This document shows positions 1 through 9,467 of a stretch of 64,000 nucleotides of DNA, in pieces; the stretch's first letter is position 1; every line of letters starts with the position of its first letter. The DNA comes from Candidatus Udaeobacter sp. (GTDB taxonomy: Bacteria > Patescibacteriota > Patescibacteriia > Magasanikbacterales > GWA2-37-8), in NCBI GenBank assembly GCA_035473115.1, contig DATION010000006.1, positions 521 through 64,520 on the forward strand. Reading direction: 5' to 3'. The notes beneath the pieces were generated by a model that saw only the letters and a list, made by a program, of their open reading frames with translations, did no database searches and was not told where the DNA came from. Made by a program: the position numbers and the translations under genes.

Positions 1-578
1 GTCAAACACGCTTGCATGATGTCGTCCACAATACTGGTCATGCCGGTTTGCGCGTGGCTCCGGCAACTCCGGATTTGGCCGGAGCAAATGTGGAGTTAGT
101 AAATGTAGAAGGCCGTGAAAGTAAATTAGCCGAAATTTTATCCGAAGTGGCCCATGCTTATGATTATGTTATTATTGATTGCCCACCGTCTTTAGGAATT
201 TTGACCCTCAATGGTTTAATTGCCGCTGACTATATTTTAATTCCCGTACAGGCTGAGTATTATGCCTTAGAAGGTTTGGGTCAGTTATTAAAAACAATTG
301 AACTGGTAAAATCAAATTTAAAACCAAACTTAAAAGTTTTGGGTGCAGTGCTGACAATGTTTGATTCACGCAATAGTTTATCCGAAGAAGTAATGAATGA
401 ATTATATAAATTTTTCCCAGACAATATTTTTCGTTCGGTAATTCCGCGCACTGTTCGTTTGGCCGAAGCACCAAGTTTTGGCCAGAGTATTTTTCATTAT
501 GATCCAAGCGGCAAAGGTTCAAAAGCTTATGAAAGATTGGGGAGAGAATTTTTAGATAGATTTGAAGCAAGTAATTAA
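1..578 (+). CDS. parA: ParA/Soj chromosome-partitioning ATPase, 5'-truncated by the window edge (frame is open back to nt 3)
   Basis: Translation matches the ParA C-terminal two-thirds (…YVIIDCPPSLG…). It lies directly upstream of parB. Confidence 0.85.
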   Translation, partial: QTRLHDVVHNTGHAGLRVAPATPDLAGANVELVNVEGRESKLAEILSEVAHAYDYVIIDCPPSLGILTLNGLIAADYILIPVQAEYYALEGLGQLLKTIELVKSNLKPNLKVLGAVLTMFDSRNSLSEEVMNELYKFFPDNIFRSVIPRTVRLAEAPSFGQSIFHYDPSGKGSKAYERLGREFLDRFEASN

Positions 579-589
579 TTAATTTTTTT

Positions 590-1435
590 ATGGCATTAGG
601 CAGAGGATTAAATGCTTTGATTTCCGGCGGAACAAAGCAGTCGCAAAATACAACTAATCATTCTTCCGGGCAAGATAATGTTTGGTATATTCCGGTTACT
701 TCAATTTCACCAAACACTCATCAGCCGCGGCAAAATTTCAGTGGTCCTGAATTAGAAGATTTGGCTGCTTCCATAAAAGAGCATGGAATTTTACAGCCGC
801 TTTTAGTTACCGAAAAAGCGGATGGCGGTTATGAGTTGATTGCCGGAGAAAGACGCTGGCGAGCTTCGCAAATGGTAGGCTTGGCAACAGTGCCGGTTTT
901 AATCAAAAAATTTGCCGATCAGCAAAAATTAGAGGTAGCTTTAATTGAAAATATTCAAAGAGAGAATTTAAATCCGATTGAAGAAGCTTTTGCTTACCAA
1001 AGATTAATGCAGGAATTTAATTTGACTCAGCAAGATGTGGCAGAAAAAGTCGGCAAAAGCCGTCCGGCTGTGGCCAATACTGTTCGTCTATTAAGTCTGC
1101 CGGAAGAAGTCAAAACCGCTTTGGTGGATAAAAGAATAAATATGAGCCAAGCCAGAGCCTTGCTCAGCCTAGATGACCAGAAGCAGCAATTAGATATGTT
1201 GTCTTCAATGCTTGGCCAGCGGATAACTGTTCGAGAATTAGAACGTGAAGTTGGCAGACAGAATCCGCAAAAAAGTCATCGCGATCCAAATCTGGCTTAT
1301 TTAGAAGATCAGTTACGAACTGCTCTGGGCACAAAAGTGGCTATTACCCAAAAAGGGAAAAGAGGCACAATAATAATTGATTATTACTCTCAGGAGGAGC
1401 TAGCAAAAATTATCAAAAAAATAATCCCGAATTAA
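590..1435 (+). CDS. parB: ParB/Spo0J partition protein
   Basis: N-terminal GLGRGLNAL, the GERRWRAS ParB box motif and an HTH region. It follows parA. Confidence 0.9.
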   Translation: MALGRGLNALISGGTKQSQNTTNHSSGQDNVWYIPVTSISPNTHQPRQNFSGPELEDLAASIKEHGILQPLLVTEKADGGYELIAGERRWRASQMVGLATVPVLIKKFADQQKLEVALIENIQRENLNPIEEAFAYQRLMQEFNLTQQDVAEKVGKSRPAVANTVRLLSLPEEVKTALVDKRINMSQARALLSLDDQKQQLDMLSSMLGQRITVRELEREVGRQNPQKSHRDPNLAYLEDQLRTALGTKVAITQKGKRGTIIIDYYSQEELAKIIKKIIPN

Positions 1436-1447
1436 CGGGATTATTTT

Positions 1448-2968
1448 TTATAAACTAGTTTTTGCCCAAGTTTTTCTCATTTTTAGTCTTTCTTTGATAT
1501 GCGATTTGGCTACATGAGTTTTGACATATTTTAACCAGTCCGGGCTGGGGCTTTTGCGGTTTTTGTCTCTTAAAATTTCTACCACATCACCGCTTTTGAG
1601 TGGCATATCCAAACTTACTAATTGATCGTTAATTTTTGCGCCAATGCATTGATTGCCGAGATCTGTATGAATATTGTAGGCAAAATCAACCGGCGTAGCA
1701 TCTTCTGGAAGATCGATCACATCACCTTGCGGAGTAAAGACAAAAATATGATTTTTAAAAAAATCAATTTTTAGTTCGTTTAGGTCTGATAGTTTTTCTA
1801 AAACATTTTTTTGAATACTGGCCAATTCTTTTGCCCAAATAATATCTTTGGCCGGCAAACGGGAGCCGCGTTCGTCATAGTGCCAATGAGCGGCAATACC
1901 ATACTCAGCTTCATTGTGCATAGTTTTGTCGCGAATTTGAAATTCAACAATCTGTCCATCCACGCAAAAAACAGTGGTATGCAGAGATTTATACCCATTT
2001 GGTTTTGGCTGGGAAATATAATCTTTAATCCCACCTTTGAGTGGCCGCCATAATTTATGGATTATGCCCAGCGCGGCATAGCAATCGGATAGATCTTCAA
2101 CAATAATTCTAATAGCCACCACATCGTGGATTTTATCAGTATTATCCCAGCCGCCTTTGCGAACAATTTTTTGGTATAAGCTGTAGAGAGCTTTTTCTCG
2201 GCCATGGACATTTAATACTTTAATATCAGATTTTTTTAATTCTTTGCTCACCAAACTCATGACGTTTTTCAGATAGGCTTGGCGTTGCGAAACCAAAGTA
2301 TTGCGCAGAGCATTAGTTTTTTCGTATTCTTTGGGGTAAATGTAGGGGAAAGACAAATCTTCCAAAAGACTTTTAAATTCACCGATACCGAGGCGGTTGG
2401 CAATGGGTGCGTAAATTTCCAAACTTTCCAAAGCAATACGGTAGCGTTTTTTTGGTGGTAAAACATCTATGGTCGATAGATTATGCACGCGATCAGCAAA
2501 TTTAATAATCATAACGCGGATGTCTTCAGCCATAGCCACAAACATTTTGCGCAGATTTTCGATATATCTTTCTACACCGCGGTATTTAAGTTTGCCCAGT
2601 TTGGTAATGCCTTTTATTATCGAAGCAATATCGGGACCAAAATTTTTTTCTATTTCTTCGATAGTAATATTTGTATCTTCCGGCACATCGTGCAATAGTG
2701 CGGCCACGATAATATTTGGGTCAATTCGCATATGCGCCAAAATCATCGCCGTGGCAACGGGGTGGATAATATATGGCTCGCCTGATTTGCGGGTTTGACC
2801 AGTGTGAGCTTTGTCAGCAAATTCGTAAGCCAACTGCACCATGTCAATATCTTTCTTACGATAATACTTTCTGATTTCCGCCATCAGGTCATTGATGTTT
2901 GGTTTTTCCGGAATTATATTTTGGTAGGGCATATGTTTGATTTTAACCCATTTGTTTGGTTTAGGCAA
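1448..2968 (-). CDS. rel: Compact RelA/SpoT-homolog (p)ppGpp synthetase/hydrolase, 506 aa (HD + synthetase + TGS; no C-terminal ACT/RRM region)
   Basis: HD motif HDVPEDT, a synthetase region (…YKSLHTTV…) and a TGS-like C-terminus. The true start may be the internal Met at MAEIRKYY. Confidence 0.85.
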   Translation of the reverse strand: MPKPNKWVKIKHMPYQNIIPEKPNINDLMAEIRKYYRKKDIDMVQLAYEFADKAHTGQTRKSGEPYIIHPVATAMILAHMRIDPNIIVAALLHDVPEDTNITIEEIEKNFGPDIASIIKGITKLGKLKYRGVERYIENLRKMFVAMAEDIRVMIIKFADRVHNLSTIDVLPPKKRYRIALESLEIYAPIANRLGIGEFKSLLEDLSFPYIYPKEYEKTNALRNTLVSQRQAYLKNVMSLVSKELKKSDIKVLNVHGREKALYSLYQKIVRKGGWDNTDKIHDVVAIRIIVEDLSDCYAALGIIHKLWRPLKGGIKDYISQPKPNGYKSLHTTVFCVDGQIVEFQIRDKTMHNEAEYGIAAHWHYDERGSRLPAKDIIWAKELASIQKNVLEKLSDLNELKIDFFKNHIFVFTPQGDVIDLPEDATPVDFAYNIHTDLGNQCIGAKINDQLVSLDMPLKSGDVVEILRDKNRKSPSPDWLKYVKTHVAKSHIKERLKMRKTWAKTSL

Positions 2969-2974
2969 ACAAAA

Positions 2975-3011
2975 AAATAAAAACAGACCGGTAAGTCCGG
3001 CCTGTTTTTTA
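2975..3011 (-). terminator. Rho-independent terminator downstream of gyrA (near-symmetric, A-run/T-run on both sides)
   Basis: Stem acagaccgg / ccggcctgt with loop taagt. On the minus strand it is followed by a tttttattttttt run. It lies 10 nt after the gyrA stop. Confidence 0.6.
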
Positions 3012-3020
3012 TCTTATTTT

Positions 3021-5486
3021 TTACATGAGTGTTACGCTGGCCACTTTGTCTCCTTCTTCTTTAAAGCGCATTAGGCGTACTCCTTGAGTGGCTCGGCCAG
3101 AGGAATTTATAGAACCAAATGGCAGGCGGATAACCTGGCCTTTAGCAGACATAATCAGCAGATCTTTTTCTTTGGCTTCAACTGCATCAACTACTTTGGC
3201 AAAAGTTAAGTTGCCGGTTTTAGCGGTAATCTCGGCGGTCTTAATGCCGCTGCCGCCGCGTCCTTGGACTTTATATTCATCCAGTTCGGTGCGTTTGCCG
3301 ACGCCGTTTTCGCCGACTGTTAAAAATGCTAAGCTTTTATTTTTTGGATCCACTATATCCATGCCAATAACTTCGTCGCCGCTCTTTAGGCGCATGCCAC
3401 GGACGCCGCTGGCTGTGCGTCCCATTTCGCGGACGTCTTTTTCTTTGAAGCGAATAGCTTGGCCTTGTTTAGTGGCAATCATAATTTCGTCTGTGCCGGC
3501 GCTAGGCTTTACCCATTCCAAATTATCGTCTGGTTTTAATTTTATGGCGATAAGTCCGCTACGGCGTACATTGGCAAAATCTTCCAAAGCAGTTTTTTTG
3601 ATATTGCCTTTGGTGGTAGTCATTACCAGGTGCTTAATACTAGAAAGATCATTCATTCCCAGTAGCGCAGTAACTTTTTCATTGGGAGCCAGCTGCAAGA
3701 AGTTTACCAAAGCTTGGCCTTTGGCAGTGCGTGAGCCTTGCGGGATATCGTAAGCCATAAGCTGGAAGACACGGCCACGATTGGTAAAGAAGAGGATATT
3801 GTCGTGAGTGTTGGTGGCAACCAAATTTTGCACGCTTTCTTCTTCTTTGGTAGTAACGCCAATTACGCCTTTGCCGCCGCGGGATTGCTGGTGGAAAGTG
3901 TCTGGTGGCAGGCGTTTAATATAGCCATCGGAAGTAACCATAATGATGGTTGCTTCGTTAGGGATAAGATCTTCGGTGGTAAATTCTTTAATGCCGCCAG
4001 CTATAATTTGGGTGCGTCTATCCTGGCCATATTTAGCTTTTATGGCTACGGTTTCGTCGGCGATGATTTTCATTATTTTACTTTTGGAGGCCAAAATAGA
4101 TTCCAGTTCTTTAATTAAAGCTTTTTTCTCTTTTAATTCGTCTTCTATTTTTTGACGTTCCAAGTTGGCCAACTGCTGCAGCTTCATTTCCAAAATAGCT
4201 ACGGCTTGTCTGTCGGTAAATTTAAATTTAGACATCAAGTTAGCTTTGGCTTCATCTTTGTCTTTGGAAGCGCGGATAGTTTTGATGATTAAATCAATTT
4301 TATCAAGCGCCATACTTAAGCCTTCCAAAATATGGGCGCGTTCTTTGGCTTTATTTAAATCAAACTCAGTGCGGCGGCGGATAATTACTTGGCGGTGTTT
4401 AATGAATTCTTCCAAAACGTTTTTTATGGTAAGAACGCGCGGCTGAATGCCATCCACCAAAGCCAGCATGTTAACGTGGAAAGTAGTTTGCAATTCGGTC
4501 ATTTGGAAAAGTTTGTTTAGAACTTTTTTTGGGTAAGCATCTTTTTTGAGGTCAATAACTACGCGTACGCCGTCTTTGTTGGATTCATCGCGTAAATCTT
4601 TGATGCCTTCAATTTTTTTCTCTTGCACCAAGTCAGCAATTTTTTCCAAAAGAGTCGCTTTATTTATGCTGTAAGGAACTTCGGTAATGACAATTTTAAA
4701 TTGATCGGATTTGCCTTCTTGGATTTCGGCTTTTGCGCGCATCACGATTCCGCCTTTACCGGTGGAGTAAGCGGCTAAAATATCTTTTTTATTATAAATA
4801 ATGCCGCCAGTAGGGAAGTCCGGGCCTTTAATTATTTCTGCTAAATCTTCAACACTTGTCTCCGGTTCTTCGATAAGTTTGGTTAAGCCATCGCAAAGTT
4901 CACTAAGATTGTGCGGAGGAATTGAGGTGGCCATACCAACCGCAATACCCACAGTGCCGTTGAGGAGTAAGTTGGGGATTTTGGCCGGCAAAACCGTAGG
5001 CTCTTCATGCGCGCCGTCGTAGTTGGGAACAAAGTTAACTGTATCTTTTTCAATATCAAAAAGCAGCTCCTCGGCCACGGCTGACAGTTTTGCTTCGGTA
5101 TAACGCATAGCCGCCGCATTGTCGCCATCCATCGAACCAAAGTTTCCTTGGCCGTGAACCAAAGGATAGCGCATGGAGAAATCTTGTGCCATACGCACCA
5201 TAGCATCGTATATAGAAGCATCACCGTGCGGATGATATTTGGCCATCACCTCACCGACCACATTGGCGGATTTGCGGAATTTGGCTGTGTGGCGCAGTCC
5301 GATACTCCACATCGCATAAAGCACGCGACGATGTACCGGTTTAAGACCATCCCGGACATCTGGTAAAGCACGAGAGACAATTACGCTCATGGCGTATTCC
5401 AAATATGATTTTTGCATTTCGTCTACCAGTGATGCCGGGGTGATTAACCCGACTTCTTGTTTTGGCATTTCTAGTTTTTCTTGCAT
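3021..5486 (-). CDS. gyrA: DNA gyrase subunit A
   Basis: 821 aa. The active-site region [10 protein letters not shown] and the GyrA N-terminal and beta-pinwheel C-terminal domains are recognisable. Confidence 0.95.
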   Translation of the reverse strand: MQEKLEMPKQEVGLITPASLVDEMQKSYLEYAMSVIVSRALPDVRDGLKPVHRRVLYAMWSIGLRHTAKFRKSANVVGEVMAKYHPHGDASIYDAMVRMAQDFSMRYPLVHGQGNFGSMDGDNAAAMRYTEAKLSAVAEELLFDIEKDTVNFVPNYDGAHEEPTVLPAKIPNLLLNGTVGIAVGMATSIPPHNLSELCDGLTKLIEEPETSVEDLAEIIKGPDFPTGGIIYNKKDILAAYSTGKGGIVMRAKAEIQEGKSDQFKIVITEVPYSINKATLLEKIADLVQEKKIEGIKDLRDESNKDGVRVVIDLKKDAYPKKVLNKLFQMTELQTTFHVNMLALVDGIQPRVLTIKNVLEEFIKHRQVIIRRRTEFDLNKAKERAHILEGLSMALDKIDLIIKTIRASKDKDEAKANLMSKFKFTDRQAVAILEMKLQQLANLERQKIEDELKEKKALIKELESILASKSKIMKIIADETVAIKAKYGQDRRTQIIAGGIKEFTTEDLIPNEATIIMVTSDGYIKRLPPDTFHQQSRGGKGVIGVTTKEEESVQNLVATNTHDNILFFTNRGRVFQLMAYDIPQGSRTAKGQALVNFLQLAPNEKVTALLGMNDLSSIKHLVMTTTKGNIKKTALEDFANVRRSGLIAIKLKPDDNLEWVKPSAGTDEIMIATKQGQAIRFKEKDVREMGRTASGVRGMRLKSGDEVIGMDIVDPKNKSLAFLTVGENGVGKRTELDEYKVQGRGGSGIKTAEITAKTGNLTFAKVVDAVEAKEKDLLIMSAKGQVIRLPFGSINSSGRATQGVRLMRFKEEGDKVASVTLM

Positions 5487-5530
5487 ATGGCTATGAAATA
5501 TCTAAATATTGATTGGTTATTTATTTTTTT

Positions 5531-5605
5531 GTCATCCTGAACGCAGTGAAGGATCTCTGTCTTAATTGCTGAACGAGAGGGATTCTTCGCTTTGCTCAGA
5601 ATGAC
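5531..5605. repeat. MITE-like palindromic repeat, copy 1 (short variant) with gtcatcc…gaatgac termini
   Basis: Imperfect inverted repeat gtcatcctgaacg…gaaggatc / gggattc…ctcagaatgac. It shares termini and internal gagggat/gaaggat blocks with copies at 6839-6937 and 60449-60532. Confidence 0.5.
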
Positions 5606-5607
5606 AA

Positions 5608-5970
5608 TTATTTTGTCGTGGTGTTTGTTGAAAAGCTGGAGGATGTTGGAGTGGTGGTCGTGGAAATAACTATCGTCGAAGTTGTGCTTGATTCGGAATT
5701 AATTTGAGCAATAATTGTGTTCAGCATGTTTTTAATCTGCAGTTTTGTCTGTTCTGTTTTTATTTTTGATTTTTCATCATTAAATAATGTTTCCCAATCA
5801 TTCTGGCTGTTTTTGATAAGTTTGTTCTCTGGAGTTTTTGACCATTTAAATGAGGAAAGGCTGATGCTGGTGGCCCAAGCCCAGAGAACTAGTATGATAC
5901 TGCCGGTAACCCCCACACCAATCCAAAGCCACATTCTTGCTTTTGGATTTTCTTGGTATGCCTTAGGCAT
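5608..5970 (-). CDS. Hypothetical small membrane-anchored protein with a Ser/Thr-rich C-terminus
   Basis: 120-aa ORF with one N-terminal TM helix and a low-complexity S/T tail. It lies 4 nt downstream of the MBL-fold gene, so it is probably co-transcribed. Confidence 0.4.
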   Translation of the reverse strand: MPKAYQENPKARMWLWIGVGVTGSIILVLWAWATSISLSSFKWSKTPENKLIKNSQNDWETLFNDEKSKIKTEQTKLQIKNMLNTIIAQINSESSTTSTIVISTTTTPTSSSFSTNTTTK

Positions 5971-5974
5971 AAAA

Positions 5975-6589
5975 TTATTCTTTTTCTAAAACAATTAGTT
6001 TGGTTTCTTCTTGCGGCAAATCTTTTTTCTTAATGATTACTTTCTTTTCTCCAGTTTCCGGTTTTAAGCCCATCTCTTTGATGAAAGCGGCGATTGGCGC
6101 GGCGTCTGGGTCGGTATCGCACTTATAGGCCATTGGGATTATGACGCGCGGTTCTAGTTCTGTGGCCAAAGCGGCTGCGTCTTTAGCGCTTAAGTAATTT
6201 GGTCCGCCACCAACTGGAATAAAAAGAATATCCGGAGTAAGGATTTTTTCCATTTCCGAATTTTCTAATGGTTTTTTTAGTCTGCCCAAAAAGACTAGGT
6301 TCAAACTTTCGCCGTTTAGTTTGTAAATTACGCTTCCTTCTGAGTTTGGCATAGCGTAAATCATGACATTTTTTACTTCTACTTCGCCCAAAGAGTCCAA
6401 AACAAAAGGATCTTGAGAAAGCGTGGCGGCATTTTCTTGTCCGGCGGAAAACAAGGCTATATCCGGGCTAAAACTACGCGGAAATTCGCCAGTTTTTGGT
6501 TTGTAGCCGTCTAAAATAATGGTAACGTCTTTATCTAAATTTTTGGTTTGCAGTTTGATGCAGGTCTGTCCCAGCCAGCTGATATGCAT
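5975..6589 (-). CDS. MBL-fold metal-dependent hydrolase (UPF0173-like)
   Basis: An MHISWLGQTCIKL…type N-terminus and conserved MBL-fold spacing. The ORF is open to 6619, but the Met at 6589 matches the family start. Confidence 0.65.
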   Translation of the reverse strand: MHISWLGQTCIKLQTKNLDKDVTIILDGYKPKTGEFPRSFSPDIALFSAGQENAATLSQDPFVLDSLGEVEVKNVMIYAMPNSEGSVIYKLNGESLNLVFLGRLKKPLENSEMEKILTPDILFIPVGGGPNYLSAKDAAALATELEPRVIIPMAYKCDTDPDAAPIAAFIKEMGLKPETGEKKVIIKKKDLPQEETKLIVLEKE

Positions 6590-6838
6590 AAAGTTAAAGG
6601 TTATTTTTAATGAAATCACCGCCTAATTTAGGGGTGAAATACTGCTTGAAATATAAGAATATTTTATCAGTTTATTTAGAATAGCGCAAGAGGAAAATTA
6701 GATAAAAAGTTGCTGTCCGATCAGATATAAGTTGAATAAGTTTGCTTAGAGATTAATATTGACAAACCGCCCTAAATCAGTCATTATACTCCCATAAGAA
6801 CCGAGAAATCGGGGATTTTGCGTTTTTACGCAACAATT

Positions 6839-6937
6839 GTCATTCCGAATCCCCGTAGTGGATGAGGAATCTATACCTTAAATGAATAGATCCCTCGTCA
6901 CCCGTCCTTCGCGAAGAGCGGGTTCGCTCGGGATGAC
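6839..6937. repeat. MITE-like palindromic repeat, copy 2 (full-length, reverse orientation relative to copy 3)
   Basis: gtcattccgaatcc … gaggaatctat … atagatccctcgt … ctcgggatgac. Its reverse complement aligns block-for-block with 60449-60532. Confidence 0.55.
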
Positions 6938-6950
6938 AAAATAAAAGTAT

Positions 6951-8843
6951 ATGTCATTATTTAAACTTCACTCAAAATTCAAGCCTGCTGGCGATCAGCC
7001 TCAGGCAATAGAAAAGCTGGTTAATGGCCTCAAAAAAGGTGATCATTATCAGACCTTACTTGGTGTTACCGGTTCAGGTAAGACTTTTTCGGTTGCCAAT
7101 ATTATTACCCAGTTCAATAAGCCGGTTTTGGTAATGGCGCCAAATAAAGCTTTGGCCGCGCAATTATATCGTGAATACAAAAATTTCTTTCCGGAAAATT
7201 CCGTAAATTATTTTGTGTCTTATTATGATTACTACCAGCCCGAAGCTTACATGCCAACCAGTGATACCTATATAGAAAAGGAATCGATGATCAATGAAGA
7301 GATAGATCGTTTGCGTCATCAGGCCACGAGCGCTTTGATGTCACGTAAAGATGTAATTATTGTGGCTTCGGTTTCTTGTATTTATAACTTGGGCGTACCG
7401 GCAAATTATTTTGAATCAGCTCTGCATTTATCTGTCGGCCAGCCAATTGTCCGTGGTGATTTGATGCGCCAACTGGTAAAAATTCAGTTTGCTCGAACTC
7501 CAGGCGCGCTGGAAAGAGGTAAATTCCGTTTGCGCGGAGATATGTTTGAAATTATGCCGGCTTCGGAAAAAATAGCTTACCGGATAGAAATTAAAGATCA
7601 AAAAATTTTTGAAATAAATGTGATTGATGTTTTGACCAGAACCGTAAAAGAAAAATTAAATGAAGCGATTATTTTTCCGGTTAAGCATTTTATTTCTTCC
7701 GAACCGCAAATGAAAGAAGCTTTGAAAGAAATAAAACAAGAATTAAAAGAACGTCTGGCTTATTTTAAGAAAAAAGAATTATATTTGGAAGCCGAAAGAC
7801 TGGAGCGCCGCACCAAATATGATTTGGAAATGTTAAAGACTCTGGGGTTTTGTCATGGCATCGAAAATTACTCTCGGCACTTGGCTGGCAAATTGGCCGG
7901 AGAAGCGCCTGATACTTTGTTGTCTTATTTTCCATGGAAAGATGGCCCCAACGGGACAAGCAAGCCGGATTTTTTGACTATTATGGATGAGTCGCATATT
8001 GGTTTACCGCAAGTGCGCGGTATGTATGCGGGTGATCAAAGCCGCAAACAAATTTTGTCTCAATATGGCTGGCGCTTGCCTTCGGCTCTAGATAATAGGC
8101 CGTTGCGGTTTGATGAATTTGAACAGCGAGTTGGCCAGGTGATTTTTACTTCGGCCACTCCCGGAGATTTTGAGATGACTCATTCGTCTACCATTGCTGA
8201 GCAGGTCATTCGCCCTACTGGACTAATTGATCCGCCGATTGAGGTACGGCCGGTGTTTGATAAAAAAACTAACAAAGGCCAAGTGGATAATCTGATGAAA
8301 GAGATTGATAAAGTGGTGAAAAATAACGAAAGAGCGATTGTGAATGTGTTGACCAAAAAAATGGCTGAAGAATTAAATGAATTTTTATTGCAGAAAAATT
8401 ACCAAGTAAATTATCTGCATTCAGATATTAAAACTTTGCAGCGCACCGAGATTTTAACTGATTTTCGGCGCGGTAAATTTAATGTTTTAATTGGCGTTAA
8501 TTTATTGCGTGAAGGTTTGGATCTGCCGGAAGTTACTTTTGTAGCCATTATGGATGCGGATCGAGAAGGATTTTTGCGCAGTGAAGAATCACTGATGCAG
8601 ACTATGGGTCGCGCGGCGCGTAATGTGCAGGGCAAAGTTGTTTTGTACGCTGATACAATTACCGGTTCCATGAAACGAGCTATGGCTGAAGTTGAGCGCC
8701 GGAGAGCCAAGCAGTTGGCTTATAATAAAGAGCATGGCATAACTCCGCAAACCACGCATAAAGCGATTGAAGAATTTTTGGATATTCCTGAGCCTGAAGA
8801 TAAAAAAGAGGTTAAAAATAAAAGACCAAAAAGAAATAAATAA
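6951..8843 (+). CDS. uvrB: Excinuclease ABC subunit B
   Basis: 630 aa. Walker A GVTGSGKT, helicase motifs and a UvrB C-terminal UVR domain. Confidence 0.95.
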   Translation: MSLFKLHSKFKPAGDQPQAIEKLVNGLKKGDHYQTLLGVTGSGKTFSVANIITQFNKPVLVMAPNKALAAQLYREYKNFFPENSVNYFVSYYDYYQPEAYMPTSDTYIEKESMINEEIDRLRHQATSALMSRKDVIIVASVSCIYNLGVPANYFESALHLSVGQPIVRGDLMRQLVKIQFARTPGALERGKFRLRGDMFEIMPASEKIAYRIEIKDQKIFEINVIDVLTRTVKEKLNEAIIFPVKHFISSEPQMKEALKEIKQELKERLAYFKKKELYLEAERLERRTKYDLEMLKTLGFCHGIENYSRHLAGKLAGEAPDTLLSYFPWKDGPNGTSKPDFLTIMDESHIGLPQVRGMYAGDQSRKQILSQYGWRLPSALDNRPLRFDEFEQRVGQVIFTSATPGDFEMTHSSTIAEQVIRPTGLIDPPIEVRPVFDKKTNKGQVDNLMKEIDKVVKNNERAIVNVLTKKMAEELNEFLLQKNYQVNYLHSDIKTLQRTEILTDFRRGKFNVLIGVNLLREGLDLPEVTFVAIMDADREGFLRSEESLMQTMGRAARNVQGKVVLYADTITGSMKRAMAEVERRRAKQLAYNKEHGITPQTTHKAIEEFLDIPEPEDKKEVKNKRPKRNK

Positions 8844-8858
8844 TAATTAATTTGTTCT

Positions 8859-8892
8859 TTAAAAAAACAATACGCTGTCTGGGTAGACAGCG
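8859..8892 (-). terminator. Hairpin plus T-run (on minus strand) terminating the receiver-domain gene
   Basis: Stem cgctgtct / agacagcg with loop gggt. On the minus strand it is followed by tattgttttttt. A second GC hairpin gcgcctgtgggcgc lies at about 8904-8917. Confidence 0.55.
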
Positions 8893-8958
8893 AGGTCCGT
8901 TTGAGCGCCTGTGGGCGCTGGAGGTGGAACCTTTGCCAAAAGAGCTGTGTTTTGAGAT

Positions 8959-9366
8959 TTAGTATACACCAATGGGCGGTAGACCGAGCAATTCAAGCAA
9001 TATGTCAGGCAGAGTATCCTTTCTGGACTCGTGACTGCATCCCGCTTTTCTCAAGGCCCTGTTTGATTCCGGCAGGATAGATACAGCGATAATTATCCCG
9101 CCGAATCCACTCTGTCGTATCTCTCGCACGAGAGGTGGGGTATTGGCTGGGCCTGAACCCAGCGTGCCGTCCATTACGATTGCTGCCCAGTCGGAATGTG
9201 CTCGGAATGTAGTTCTGGCTTCATCCAAGGTGAATGCGGAGAACAACCTTAGTTTGGCTCCTAACTCTCCGTGCCAGCCGATCTGGATATGCTTATCATC
9301 CTCAACCAAGAGGACTTTAGGAAGGTTCACTTCATCCTCAGTCAGGAGGATTTTAGACAGTGTCAT
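8959..9366 (-). CDS. Orphan single-domain response-regulator receiver (CheY-like)
   Basis: KVLLVEDD acidic pocket, a candidate phospho-Asp in AIVMDG, and conserved S and K positions downstream. There is an AGGAG SD 8 nt before the ATG. The region is visibly GC-enriched versus the flanks. Confidence 0.6.
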   Translation of the reverse strand: MTLSKILLTEDEVNLPKVLLVEDDKHIQIGWHGELGAKLRLFSAFTLDEARTTFRAHSDWAAIVMDGTLGSGPANTPPLVREIRQSGFGGIIIAVSILPESNRALRKAGCSHESRKDTLPDILLELLGLPPIGVY

Positions 9367-9467
9367 GTTTTAACTCCTGAAAAGGTTGGTATTTAAACTA
9401 GCGTATAAAATCTTTAAAGTCAATGCTAAATATAGAAAAAATAATATATAAATTAAGTATTAGGTAT

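Noticed and set aside
3088-5366. Multiple 60-220-aa ORFs antisense or out of frame within gyrA, relA, uvrA, valS, argS, murF and similar
   Set aside because: They are fully contained in well-supported conserved genes and lack start signals. They are shadow ORFs.
6620-6838. Putative promoter TTGACA (6761-6766) with a weak -10 upstream of uvrB, and small palindromes (cctaatttagg, ttgcgtttttacgcaa)
   Set aside because: The -10 match is poor (CATTAT) and spacing is ambiguous. The palindromes are short and unsupported. Mentioned only as possible uvrB regulatory sequence.
8893-8958. Second GC hairpin gcgcctgtgggcgc after uvrB as a uvrB terminator
   Set aside because: No T-run follows on the plus strand. 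The adjacent hairpin at 8873-8892 has its T-run on the minus strand only. uvrB termination remains unassigned.
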